From: Octopus sinensis
Taxonomy: Eukaryota
Length of the DNA stretch: 64,000 nt
Direction of reading: 5' to 3'
Assembly (NCBI RefSeq): GCF_006345805.1
Contig: NC_042999.1
Coordinates: forward strand, 119,970,001-120,034,000
Shown: positions 1 to 11,599 of the stretch, one piece after another
Layout of the letters: the number at the start of each line of letters is the position of its first letter
How positions within the stretch are numbered: the first letter of the stretch is position 1
The notes under the pieces: model-generated
What the model was told of the DNA's origin: nothing
Database searches by the model: none
What the model saw: the letters and a program-made list of their open reading frames with translations, nothing else
Translations under genes and position numbers: made by a program

Positions 1-130
<130 letters not shown>

Positions 131-197
131 CTCTTTCATTCTTTTACACTTTTATTTGTTTCAGTAATTTTGAATGCGGCCATGCTGGAGCTCCCTT
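131..197 (-). mobile_element. 3' fragment of SINE family A, embedded in (TA)n
   Basis: tttcagtaattttgaatgcggccatgctggagc matches the tttcagtcatttgactgcggccatgctggagc end of the copies at 9414, 9976 and 15961. Confidence 0.75.
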
Positions 198-198
198 T

Positions 199-231
<33 letters not shown>

Positions 232-649
232 CATTTTATAAAGGGCTTAGTAAAATAAATTACTTTGCCACATACTGAACTCATTAGAAATAGCAGCCAA
301 AAAAATTTCTCTAGCCGAATTCTAATACTTAAAGAAAATTTCTCTCAGGTAGTGCTTACTCAGAATAGCCCACGAAGGTATGGGGGTAAAAACATTAAAA
401 AATCACAAATGCAAAGGTTATTTGAGAACGTACGTTTCTAGATCAGCCAAATACAATTCGACATTTCTTTCGTCAGCCCAAAATTCCTTAATTCGGATTT
501 GCAAACACTGAAAGTAGGAGCATACCCTTTTGGCGACTTTTCACCTCAGAAGATCCGTTCAGACTATCAGTGCCAACAAATTCAAAATATGCAAGCGAAA
601 TATTTTGTAATATTTTGTAATATTTTGAATTCGCCTTAAATGGTCCCTT

Positions 650-854
650 TACACAGAGGAGACAAACAAGGATAGACAGACGGATTAAGTCGATTACATC
701 GACCCCAGTGCGTAACTGGTACTTAATTTATCGACCCCGAAAAGATGAAAGGCAATGTCGACCTCGGCGGAATTTGAACTCAGAACGTAATGGCAGACGA
801 AATACGGCTACGCATTTCGCCGGCGTGCTAACGTTTCTGCCAGCTCGCCGCCTT
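650..854 (-). mobile_element. tRNA-derived SINE family B, near full length
   Basis: Minus strand reads AAGGCGGCGAGCTGGCAGAAACGTTAGCACGCC...GAGTTCAAATTCCGCCGAGG (A/B-box-like), then the central GTCGAC..GCCTTTCATC..GGGGTCGATAAATTAAGTACCAG domain. Homologous to 62880-63091. Confidence 0.9.
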
Positions 855-859
855 GAAAA

Positions 860-1750
860 GATGCGTGTTTAAAGATATGTGGTGGCATGATATCAGCCTC
901 ACCCAAAGACTATTGCAGTTTTGGCGAACTTGGTTCTTTCATGACACGTGGAACAACACGTGCATTTTAGGCAAACCACCCGATGTAAAACTTGCCTTCG
1001 CCGATCTTTATATCTGAGAAGTACCAGACCGCTCGGCTCAACAGGATACTTCAGCTTGTCCAGTAGCTACTTTCTTTCTAGCCTCCTAATTTTCTGTTAC
1101 GCCACTTCTACATGTGGTAGCAAAGTTTCTCATGCAGGCCTAGCTTCATGGTAGCTACTCCAACTCCCATCTCTCTCACTAAAGACAAGTTTCCTTTACT
1201 CACATTTTACACCGGCTTGTCCTGCAGCTTTTGGATGAATTTTGGCGTTGGACGCAGTCAGAACACCTGTTGCGTCCCCTCCTGCTATGCACGGCCTCAT
1301 AGTCTCCGTTGTAGTTGTCCATCTTACAGCCTTTAGGTGAGCAGCGGCCATGATGTCGGCATTTTGACACACGGTGCGTATGATTACTATGCAGGTAACT
1401 CTTTTCCAATATTCAGATGGTAAAAAACAAAAAACTACCCATTGTCAGTTTTATACTGCATGACATGGTTTGTTCAGATATACCACGAAGGATACTGGAG
1501 AGCAAACTCAACACCAGATTCTCTACGGTGACCATCGCCAGAAGATGGCATATCCATAACTAGTTCATTTATTTGATTCTCACTAGAGAGACGAGTTTCA
1601 GAGAGTGAGGCTATATCAAGGGAATATTTTCTAAGCTCACGAAGATCAGAACTTAGCTGCAACTCTTGGTGGTCCAAATCGGATATGCAATCTATGTGAG
1701 TGTCTTTCCAAAACAATGTCTGGTTTAAAAAGTCTCATCAGACGCCACGA
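860..1750 (-). mobile_element. Decayed RTE-clade LINE fragment (APE endonuclease N-terminus plus probable 5'UTR sequence)
   Basis: ORF 1474-1716 contains ELRKYSLDIASLSETRL...RRESGVEFAL, matching the RTE endonuclease motif ELxRYNxDIAALSETR...RRExGVGFA. Segment 880-1400 resembles RTE/BovB-type 5' sequence (from memory). Confidence 0.75.
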
Positions 1751-1810
1751 TGAATCTAAATTTTAGATAAAAGAGGTTGTCAGACACTGCTTAAGGAGTA
1801 GACAACCATC

Positions 1811-1820
1811 ATGTATGTAC

Positions 1821-1853
<33 letters not shown>

Positions 1854-1890
1854 TGTATGTATGTATGTATGTATGTATGTATGTATGTAT
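1811..1890. repeat. (GTAT)n microsatellite
   Basis: Direct reading. Confidence 0.97.
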
Positions 1891-2599
1891 GAACCATGAA
1901 AGTGGACATAAACGAATTTGTACGTAGTGAGTTACATATGACTTTTCTCTATAATACAAAAGCCCCCTTTTGGAGGTAAAACTCAAAACCGTCTACACTA
2001 AAACCTTGATGCAACCTGTGATTTATTATTTTGCCTTTCCCCCTTCTATATGACTCACCTTTGTTTATATAACTTGTATATGTCATACTCCCTTACAGAA
2101 TACGTATAGCAATATATTTTCATTTGAACTATGATACAAAAAACATTTTTTCTGCAAAAGCCTGCGTTTATATTTTTATTTTTTGTACATATACACACAT
2201 ATAATAAAATTGTTCCCCTTGTTGAAAATCTAAACTTGTTTCAATGACAGTATATAAGTGCACATGTTGCGCGGGTGTGTGTATTTGTGTAGTGTGTGAG
2301 TGTTCGTGAAGTGCGTGTGTAGGTACGTGTGTATGTATAAATATATATACATATACATACATGCATATAGGTGTGTATATGAAGTAAACATAAATATTAT
2401 ATATAAAAGGCTGAGAGAGGAAAGAGTGAATAGGAAATAATCATATATCTAAAAAACCACGCTGCATTAGAATAATTTACAATTAAAATATTGACATATA
2501 TTTATTAACCTGGTGTATTGTGTTGAGAGCTAGCTCACGTGTTCTTTACATACTTTTAGTATGCTGAAAATGTGAGGCAACAGTTTAGTTAGCACACTT

Positions 2600-4030
2600 G
2601 GGGTTTCTTAAGAATTTGAAGAAGAATTATCCCTGAGAGTCTGATCTAGCCCGTCAAAAGCAGGTCTGAGGGCCTTTGTGGACTGTTTCAAATTATTGAG
2701 AACTTTTGAGATTAGTTGTCATACTTGTATCTCTATATTGAAAAATATTAGGTTTAAACGCCTAAATACAAGATCAAAAGTTCTTACACATAACAAATGT
2801 GTTGTACGCTTCTCTGAATACGCTAGATTAAGTGGCATTTACTAGTTTAAAAGATTCAAGTAAGGTAGGATCCTTGACGCGATACAGCAATAGGGTGCAT
2901 ATCAAAACATGAAGCTTTACTTCACATTCGGGTGTGTTTATAAAGACGAAATATTTGAATAGCCATGTTTATGAAAACATCTAGCTACTTTCTTCAACAG
3001 TAAATATCTTAGGAAAATAATTAAAAAAAGACAACTTTCCATAGTTGAATGATAGTCCTGAACATATAGGTCTTTTCTTGGTGTATCATTACGATCATCA
3101 CCGTTTCGTGGGTCACAAATTTCAGAATTTTTTACATACCTTTACTCATGTTGATATGTCATTTCTTCTGGTGGCCTATAATTCTAATCATGATGATTTG
3201 TGTTTGAATCTTTGAATTTGTTTTTCTTTTTAATGTGTTTGCAAATATACATGGTAGATTTGACTAAACTGTATAATCCAGCATTGAGGAGTCCGTTAAT
3301 AACTTTTGAAAGCAAAGATGGGTACGAAGCTTTCCGTTGAATAAATATTTTAGCTGTGACTATTCTTGTGTTGCTTGTACTTGTCATTACGTCTCCAACT
3401 AGGTTTTCTTTCAGACTGTATATTATCCTATCCGGATTTTGGCATAACCAGAAAAAACGGTATGGATATCTCTTGGGATATACGTTACGTCATACAAAAC
3501 GACTGCCTAGAAGCTCAAAGGGTCAATGAACAATATACTTCATAATTTCAACACCTCTGAGAATATCAACTTTATCAGTTTCACGAACATTTCCCTATTC
3601 GAAAGCAATATACTAATCTGTAAAGTAGAAATGATAGCGAAATATTTCGAAATTTATCCATCCTATTTTCAAAGATACTAGCATTTGACCAAAGCATCAA
3701 AAATTCTTCCAAAGCAATGGCAAGATCCACCAGTCTCTAGATATCTAAATTATTTATCAAGAGATACTCTGAAGAGAATTTAATTACGTATTGAGGAAAA
3801 CTCTTGCAATTATAATTTTCCGATACTTAAAATATCGGCCAGGAAATGATTTCGTTCCTATTTCATCCCACCTTTGTTTGCTTGTGATGCGAGACGATTA
3901 AACGTTTTGGCACATCTAACAGCATTTTGTGCGTATTCAGTCATGCATCGTTGCTCTTACGTACACAGTGACGCCAAGATGACACTTGATCAAATTTTGT
4001 GGATTTCTATCCTTGTTGAAGACATCACTT
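2600..4030 (-). pseudogene. Decayed coding-like region of unknown product (probably element-encoded)
   Basis: Manual minus-strand translation gives protein-like blocks broken by single stops and frameshifts: MTEYAQNAVRCAKTFNRLASQANKGG, GNVRETDKVDILRGVEIMKYIV, ORF 3184-3387, GLSFNYGKLSFFNYFPKIFTVEE. No family motif recognised. Confidence 0.45.
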
Positions 4031-5319
4031 AGTGCATATATGTTTTTAACTTTCAGCTTAAACTGATTTACTCTTTTGAAGTTAAAGCTTTCTGACTCTA
4101 TTTACATATAAATCTATAATGGAATAATTAAAGAGTTGGCGGAAGAGATGGTATCGATTTCTGTTTGATTTTACCCATAGGCGTAGATTTTTTTCTTCCC
4201 AGTAAACATTTGAAGACTAAACTTCAATTGATATTTACCTTCCCAAAATATTAAAGCATGTTCTCATGAATCTTATGGACGGCGTGTCGCTAACACTTCA
4301 CGTTGATGCCGAACAATAGTTTTTGTATGAAACTTCTTACCAAGCATTAGCATAGCCACCTCTTTGCAAAAATGAGCATTGGGATAGCTTTCAAATTCTC
4401 TGGAGAGACTTTTATTTGTATGAATAATAAAATGCATGTAAGTTTCATTTACATTTTCAAGAGGATATTTTAATGTACATAACAATTATTAAGTTGATGT
4501 AACACGTCGTGATTGCTAGCGACAACCTCCTCTGAAACACGGAAGAGCAATGGAATGTTGTCTTGTTACCACCACTTGTCACTCATGAGCTATATCCTAC
4601 AAGTACTTCTGGTAAGCATCTGGATGTGGATAAAGTTACAAGTACAATGATAAATATGATACAGAAATTTGAACATAGGCATTTATTCTCTTAATCAACT
4701 TCGGTAGCTTAATAGGAGTTATTTGGCAAGAAGAGGTGTATCTTTTCCATTTGAAAAGGCAGGATATTATTTCATTGTTGTACTTCATTTTAACAATAAA
4801 GTGGCACTGGATGCATTGATACATTGATATGAAGTTATAGTCCAACTATTACAATTCAATAGCACATACGTAGGCTTATTTTGAAGTATTTGCACCGAAT
4901 TCATACAAGTTACAAATATTTCCTTCATTGTGAAATTAAATTTTTAACCGTTTAAGCACAAACATTTTATTGCAATAAATATGGTAAGTAAATATTCTTA
5001 ATGTTTACCAAATTTTTCAAATACTATATATACCCCAGTATGATTATTCAACATTTATACTGAACGTAGAAATAAAATATTTCAAAACATTAACTAGCGT
5101 ACATCGAACAAATAACATATACATCTAAATATTTAGGTGATTATTCATATAATCAACTGCCATTGAATTCAAGAGTTACTTGATTAGCTATGCAATGTAT
5201 TCAGGCTGATGATCGATGAACGGATACTATGGATATCAACCATGAATGAAGAAATGAGCGAATCAGCCACTCGAATTATCACTGAGAAATAATAAATGTC
5301 GTAGAAATGTAGTGAAAAC

Positions 5320-5321
<2 letters not shown>

Positions 5322-5398
<77 letters not shown>

Positions 5399-5400
5399 CA
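5322..5400. repeat. (TATC)n microsatellite
   Basis: Direct reading. Confidence 0.97.
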
Positions 5401-5415
5401 TCTATGTATCTAAAT

Positions 5416-5464
<49 letters not shown>

Positions 5465-5559
5465 TACATACATATATCTGTCTGTCTGTCTTTATGTCTG
5501 TCTATCTAGTTATCTACGTAACGTATGTATATATCTATCTATATATATCTAGTCAATCA

Positions 5560-5656
<97 letters not shown>

Positions 5657-5657
<1 letters not shown>

Positions 5658-7120
5658 CATAACAAAAAACATAGTACATACTGTATCGAAGGATTACAAT
5701 CTAAAAAAAAAACTTTCCTATACACACACACAGGGAGTTATATAGGGGATAGACATGCATAGTGTAAACCAGTGGAATATAATTTCGTCAAAGGGAAACG
5801 TTTGATCACTAGATCACTGAAAGTACAGGATGACTCAAGAAATGTGAGATATTGTGTATACTGTGTATAAGACGCGGGCCGACTGGACGTCCATTTCGTT
5901 CACTATTCACCAGGTGAGCTCGCCCAAGCTTGCGAGAGAGAGTGTGTATATATATATATATATATAAAAGTACATATGATTCTTTTGAATCCTTTATGCA
6001 TCATAATTTAGTGGTTCAAAAGTAGAGAATGCTATAGAAGTAAGTGCTACCTTGAAACAAGTACTGGGGCAAACATGATCACTTCCTTCCTATTAGGTGC
6101 CATATTCCTGCAGCAGTTTCAGGAAGAAATTAGAACCAGAATAGGTTTCATGCATGTATTACATATACGTGTGTGTGTGTGTGTGTGTTTGTGTTTGTGT
6201 GTGTACACAAATATACATAGACACACACATAATCACACTATATATATATATGTATATATATGTATATATATATGATATATACATACAAAATAAACATATA
6301 TACATATATACAGGCGTATATATGTATATATACATACGTATATACATATATACAAGCGTACATATGTATGTATATACATGCATATAATATATATATATAT
6401 ATAGCATAACAAAAAACATAGTACATACTGTATCGAAGGATTACAATCTAAAAAAAACTTTCCTATACACACACACAGGGAGTTATATAGGGGATAGACA
6501 TGCATAGTGTAAACCAGTGGAATATAATTTCGTCAAAGGGAAACGTTTGATCACTAGATCACTGAAAGTACAGGATGACTCAAGAAATGTGAGATATTGT
6601 GTATACTGTGTATAAGACGCGGGCCGACTGGACGTCCATTTCGTTCACTATTCACAGGTGAGCTCGCCCAAGCTTGCGAGAGAGAGTGTGTATATATATA
6701 TATATATATAAAAGTACATATGATTCTTTTGAATCCTTTATGCATCATAATTAGTGGTTCAAAAGTAGAGAATGCTATAGAAGTAAGTGCTACTTGAAAC
6801 AAGTACTGGGGCAAACATGATCACTTCCTTCCTATTAGGTGCCATATTCCTGCAGCAGTTTCAGGAAGAAATTAGAACCAGAATAGGTTTCATGCATGTA
6901 TTACATATACGTGTGTGTGTGTGTGTGTGTTTGTGTTTGTGTGTGTACACAAATATACATAGACACACACATAATCACACTATATATATAGTATATATAT
7001 GTAATATATATAATATATACATACAAAAATAAACATATATACATATATACAGGCGTATATATGTATATATACATACGTATATACATATACAAGCGTACAT
7101 ATGTATGTATATACATGCAT
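5657..7120. repeat. Tandem duplication, two ~747-bp copies joined in (TA)n
   Basis: gcataacaaaaaa..catagtacatactgtatcgaagg starts at 5657 and 6404. Identical ORF text MITSFLLGAIFLQQFQEEIRTRIG occurs in both copies. Differences are mostly 1-nt indels. Confidence 0.95.
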
Positions 7121-7369
7121 CTATATATTATATATTATAATATATATATATATATATATATATGTGAATAGAAAGATGAATAATCTGTAGTAGATTAATC
7201 CAAAGTTTAACCGATACCTTAGTAGCAAAAATCACAGCAGTGAACAGCACGGTTGGAGGTACAACCATCTGGCGTTGCAACCGTGCGTTGGTGCGGATAA
7301 TTGAAATTAAAACATTATTGGTGAATTGAAGAAATGGAGCTGAACGCAGATTGAACAGAAATCGTTTTA

Positions 7370-7453
7370 TTCATCTACACGTGTTTCGAAAGGCACAAAT
7401 ACCAAATCCGATTGAATAATGGGACCATATTGTGTCTTTCTCTTCAGGAAGAA
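7370..7453 (-). ncRNA. Type I hammerhead ribozyme motif (left-arm copy)
   Basis: Reverse-complement copy of 8724-8810; CTGAAGA at 7447-7441. Stem I 3' strand is slightly altered by indels. Confidence 0.6.
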
Positions 7454-8723
7454 GAAAGGAAATCCGTTGGAAAACAAAAACAGAACAGAGGCAGAGCAAA
7501 AAACAAATCGAACTGTGCTCCTAAGAGCCCATGGCGAAAATGTTTATCAGTGTATGTTGAGAAACCGGTGGCTGAAGAATTCAACAGGTCAGGCATCGGT
7601 CAATCATGTGGGTGAGGGTGTATATATGTCTTTGTGACCGAGAATAAAGTTCTGACTATTTAAAGAATATGGATGTTTTATAAGGGGCGAGAAAAAATCT
7701 ACTTAGAGACGTGTGTGTGTGTATACTGTTCTATATATGTGTGTGTTGGCGTAGGGGTAGAAAACATTTTTTGTGTACGTGTGTGCGTTTGATCGTTCGG
7801 CTGTCAGTGGCTACTGCCGTGATAACCGTGGGTGGCAGAAAGAAAAAAATAAAGAAATTATATATATATATTATGTTTTATGTGTGGGTGTGAGTGTCAT
7901 CTAAGCCTGCCTTGACAAGGAAACCCCCCGCTGTGAAAACAAGCCCCGTTTGTCTTACAGGAGTAATTTCCCTTGCAGTGGTTAATTGTAGATATCTTAA
8001 AAGCTATTTCAGAATTTGTTACCAAGGGCTATGGGTGCCGGTCTTATTTATAAACGCTATTTAAAGGCCAGATAAGTGTAACGCCGCCAATGGGGGCCAC
8101 ACTTATCTGGCCTTTAAATAGCGTTTATAAATAGACCGGCACCCATAGCCCTTGGTAAAAAATTCTGAAATAGCTTTTAAGATATCTACAATTAACCACT
8201 GCAAGGGAAATTACTCCTGTAAGACAAACGGGGCTTGTTTTTTCACAGCGGAGGGTTTCCTTGTCAGGCAGGCTTAGATGAACACTCACACACACACATA
8301 AAAATAATATATATATATAATTTCTTTATTTTTTTTCTTTCTGCCACCCCACGGTTATCACGGCAGTAGCCATGACAGCCGAACGATCAAACGCACACAC
8401 GTACACAAAAAATGTTTTCTACCCCTACGCCAACACACACATAATAGAACAGTATACACACACACACGTCTCTAAGTAGATTTTTTCTCGCCCCTTATAA
8501 AACATCCAATATTCTTTAAATAGTCAGAACTTTATTCTCGGTCACAAGAACATATATACACCCTCACCCACATGATTGACCGATGCCTACCTGTTGAATT
8601 CTTCAGCCACCGGTTCTCAACATACACTGATAAACAGTTCGCCATGGGCTCTTAGGAGCACAGTTCGATTTGTTTTTTGCTCTGCCTCTGTTCTGTTTTT
8701 GTTTTTCCAACGGATTTCCTTTC

Positions 8724-8810
8724 TTCTTCCTGAAGAGAAAGACACAATATGGTCCCATTATTCAATCGGATTTTGGTAATTTGTGCCTTTCGAAACACGT
8801 GTAGAATGAA
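8724..8810 (+). ncRNA. Type I hammerhead ribozyme motif (Penelope pLTR-like)
   Basis: CTGAAGA 8730-8736. Stem II GAAAGACACAA 8737-8747 pairs with TTGTGCCTTTC 8781-8791 (1 mismatch). GAAA 8792-8795. Palindromic stem III ACACGTGT. GUA site ending 8803. Stem I TTCTTC/GAATGAA with 1 bulge. Confidence 0.72.
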
Positions 8811-8868
8811 ATAAAACGATTTCTGTTCAATCTGCGTTCAGCTCCATTTCTTCAATTCACCAATAATG

Positions 8869-8916
<48 letters not shown>

Positions 8917-9226
8917 ATATATATTTTAATGATATGTAATTGTAACGTCCAAAGATCTAAGTGTAGGAATTAATAAGCTTCAAGGAGTCCGTAGTAGGCT
9001 TTTTCCATGTTAAAGTTCGTTGATATGAAAACAATTTATCTATAGTTCATGGTTAGCAATTAGGGCTGCTATGAATGCGAATAAAAATCCAAATTGCGGG
9101 AATGGAGCAGTTAAAATCCAGGCTACATATGTAGATAGCAAACCCCCGAAAGTAATGACTACGCAACAAGTTAACTTGGGATTCCAACCTTAATAGCCAG
9201 TGGAGTGCCCCTCTTTGAATATTTAT

Positions 9227-9266
9227 AAGTTCTGACGATCTGCTAGCTAGGAAACATATGTAACTT
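9227..9266 (+). ncRNA. Degenerate minimal hammerhead motif
   Basis: AAGTT-CTGACGA-TCTGCTAGCTAG-GAAA-CATATGT-AACTT. Both core boxes, a palindromic stem III and a 5-bp stem I are present, but the cleavage nucleotide appears deleted and stem II is weak. Confidence 0.45.
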
Positions 9267-9345
9267 GGGTATTACCTGCTCTATTCTCTTAGTTTCGATA
9301 CACACGCACACATACATATACACACGCACACATATATTTATATAT

Positions 9346-9379
<34 letters not shown>

Positions 9380-9413
9380 TATATATATATATATTATATA
9401 TATATATATATAC

Positions 9414-9698
9414 CTTTTACTTTTTTACTTGTTTCAGTCATCTGACTGTGGCCATGGTGGAGCACCGCCTTTTAGTTGAAGAAATCGACCGATGGACTTC
9501 TTTCTAAACCTGTTGCTTAATCTATCAATCTCTTCTGTCGAACCGCAAATTTATGGGGACATAAACACACCATCTGTAATCAAATGATGGTGGGGGACAA
9601 ACACAGGCACAAACACACATACATACGTACATACATATATACATACATACATACAGACAGACAGACAGACTGACAGACAAACAGACAGACAGACAGAC

Positions 9699-9743
<45 letters not shown>

Positions 9744-9915
9744 TAGTTATATATACGACGGGCTTCTTTCAGTTTCTGTCTGCCAAATCCACTCACAAAG
9801 CTTTGGTTGGCGCGAAGCCATGGTAGAAGACACTGAAGGTGGCACTCAGTAGTACTGAATAATTGGAACCATATGCTGGGAAGTAAACTTCTCCCCGCAC
9901 AACCACGTCTGCGCA
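9414..9915 (-). mobile_element. SINE family A (tRNA head + CORE-like box + internal microsatellite + 3' domain), diverged copy
   Basis: Collinear with 15961-16359; internal CATA/CAGA/GATA tract. Confidence 0.85.
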
Positions 9916-9975
9916 TACATATATATTATATATATATATATATATTATATATATTATATATATATATATATATAT

Positions 9976-10171
9976 TCTTTTGTTTGTTTCAGTCATTTGA
10001 CTGCGGCTATGTTGGAGCACAGCTTTAATCGAAAGATTCGACCCCAGGACCTATTCTTTGTAAGCCTAGTACTTACTCAATCGCTCTGTTTTGCCGAAAC
10101 GCAAAGTTACTGTGACCTAGACACGCCACCATCGGTTGTGAAGTAATGGTTGGGTGATAAACACACACACA

Positions 10172-10222
<51 letters not shown>

Positions 10223-10386
10223 CGACGGGCTTCTTTTACTTTCCGTCTACCAAATCCATTCACAATGTTTTGGTCGGCCCAAGGCTATAGTAGAGGACAC
10301 TTGCCCAAGGTGCCACGCAATGGGACAGAACGCGGAACCATGTGGTTGGTAAGAAAACTACTTACCACATAGCCACTCCTGCGCCT
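9976..10386 (-). mobile_element. SINE family A copy
   Basis: Minus strand begins AGGCGCAGGAGTGGCTATGTGGTAAG...GGTTCCGCGTTCTGTCCC, then GGCACCTTGGGCAAGTGTC (CORE-like). Confidence 0.9.
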
Positions 10387-11599
10387 AATTCGCTAAAAGG
10401 ACTCAATGTCCTTTAAGTGATACTAGTTGTTTCATATTTTGAGAAATGTCTCAAACATATTCATCAAGCACAAAACACATGTCTTAACGATGGAATACAG
10501 TTAATAAGAGAAGAAACGCGAAAAAACTGTAAGGTTAGCATATAGAAATAGAGAATTTTTTTAAAAGAACGGAAAACGATAAATGGAAAACAAAAATACA
10601 AAAGTTAAAAAGTAAAAAGTAAGAGGTAAACATTTTAACGATCTTAAATTATAAGGCGGGAAAGATATCAGCAAGTTAATCAGGAATGGGAATTTTCAAA
10701 TTCATCAAAATATATTCATACATATGCTTGCAACCGTTGAACATTTCAGTCCTACTACAGATCTGAACAGGATCTGCGCCCTTCAAGCTAAACAAAGCCT
10801 ACATTTATTCGATCCATTAACATAAGTTATGGATTTCTCATTTGTTTTCCACTTAATCAAATGTAGGTTTTGTCATCTTTCCAAGTCCACACGTAGCTAG
10901 CCACTTTAGTAGCTTTACTTTTGTCTGTATGCTGGATGGTGGCGAAATGATTGGCATAGTGATTTTTTAATTCTTCTTCACATAATCCATTAGAGGTCTC
11001 CCTATTTGTTGTATTATTAGTTAGGGTTGTATTGTACACATACATACATACATACATACATACATACATACATACATACATACATCCATACATACATACA
11101 TAATACATACACGTACGCACACATACACAGTATACTAAGGTTTTATGCAATATACTTTACAAGCCGTTTTCGATAACATGTTCAATTTGGCAATATCTTC
11201 CAATGTTGCTGGCAAGAATATATTATAGAGACACTGTTATAAATGTGAGTCGAGTAAATTCAGTATATTCACACACCAAATTGTAATAATTTGGATGCAT
11301 TCAATGCATAAGATTCGAGTAGCACTTGTAATATGTAAATATTCTAAACATGCTTTTTGCATACACTCAAATATCACAATTTGGTCTTGTTATTATTACA
11401 CTACATATATACATGTAGTTGTTTGTGTTTATGTGTGTGTGTGTGTGTGTGTGTGAACACACTGTGGATATCTATGTCTATAGCTATCTGTCTATCCATC
11501 TCTCTATCTATCGATTTATCTGTCTATCTATCTATCTATCTATCTATGGTTAATTTATCAAGGTTTACCAAAATATTTAAATATTGAATGCTATCTATG

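Larger units (their letters stand above)
7311..8870. repeat. Long inverted repeat (palindrome): arms 7311-8079 and 8099-8870, 19-nt spacer
   Basis: aacattattggtgaattgaag at 7311 is the reverse complement of cttcaattcaccaataatgtt ending at 8870. Inner ends ggccagataagtgt / acacttatctggcc flank the spacer AACGCCGCCAATGGGGGCC. Confidence 0.97.

Noticed and set aside
601-626. TATTTTGTAA repeated about 2.5 times
   Set aside because: Short slippage duplication in AT-rich DNA; no array structure.
8080-8098. Palindrome spacer as a sequencing adapter remnant
   Set aside because: It does not resemble the SMRTbell hairpin as I recall it. An artefact is still not excluded without reads.
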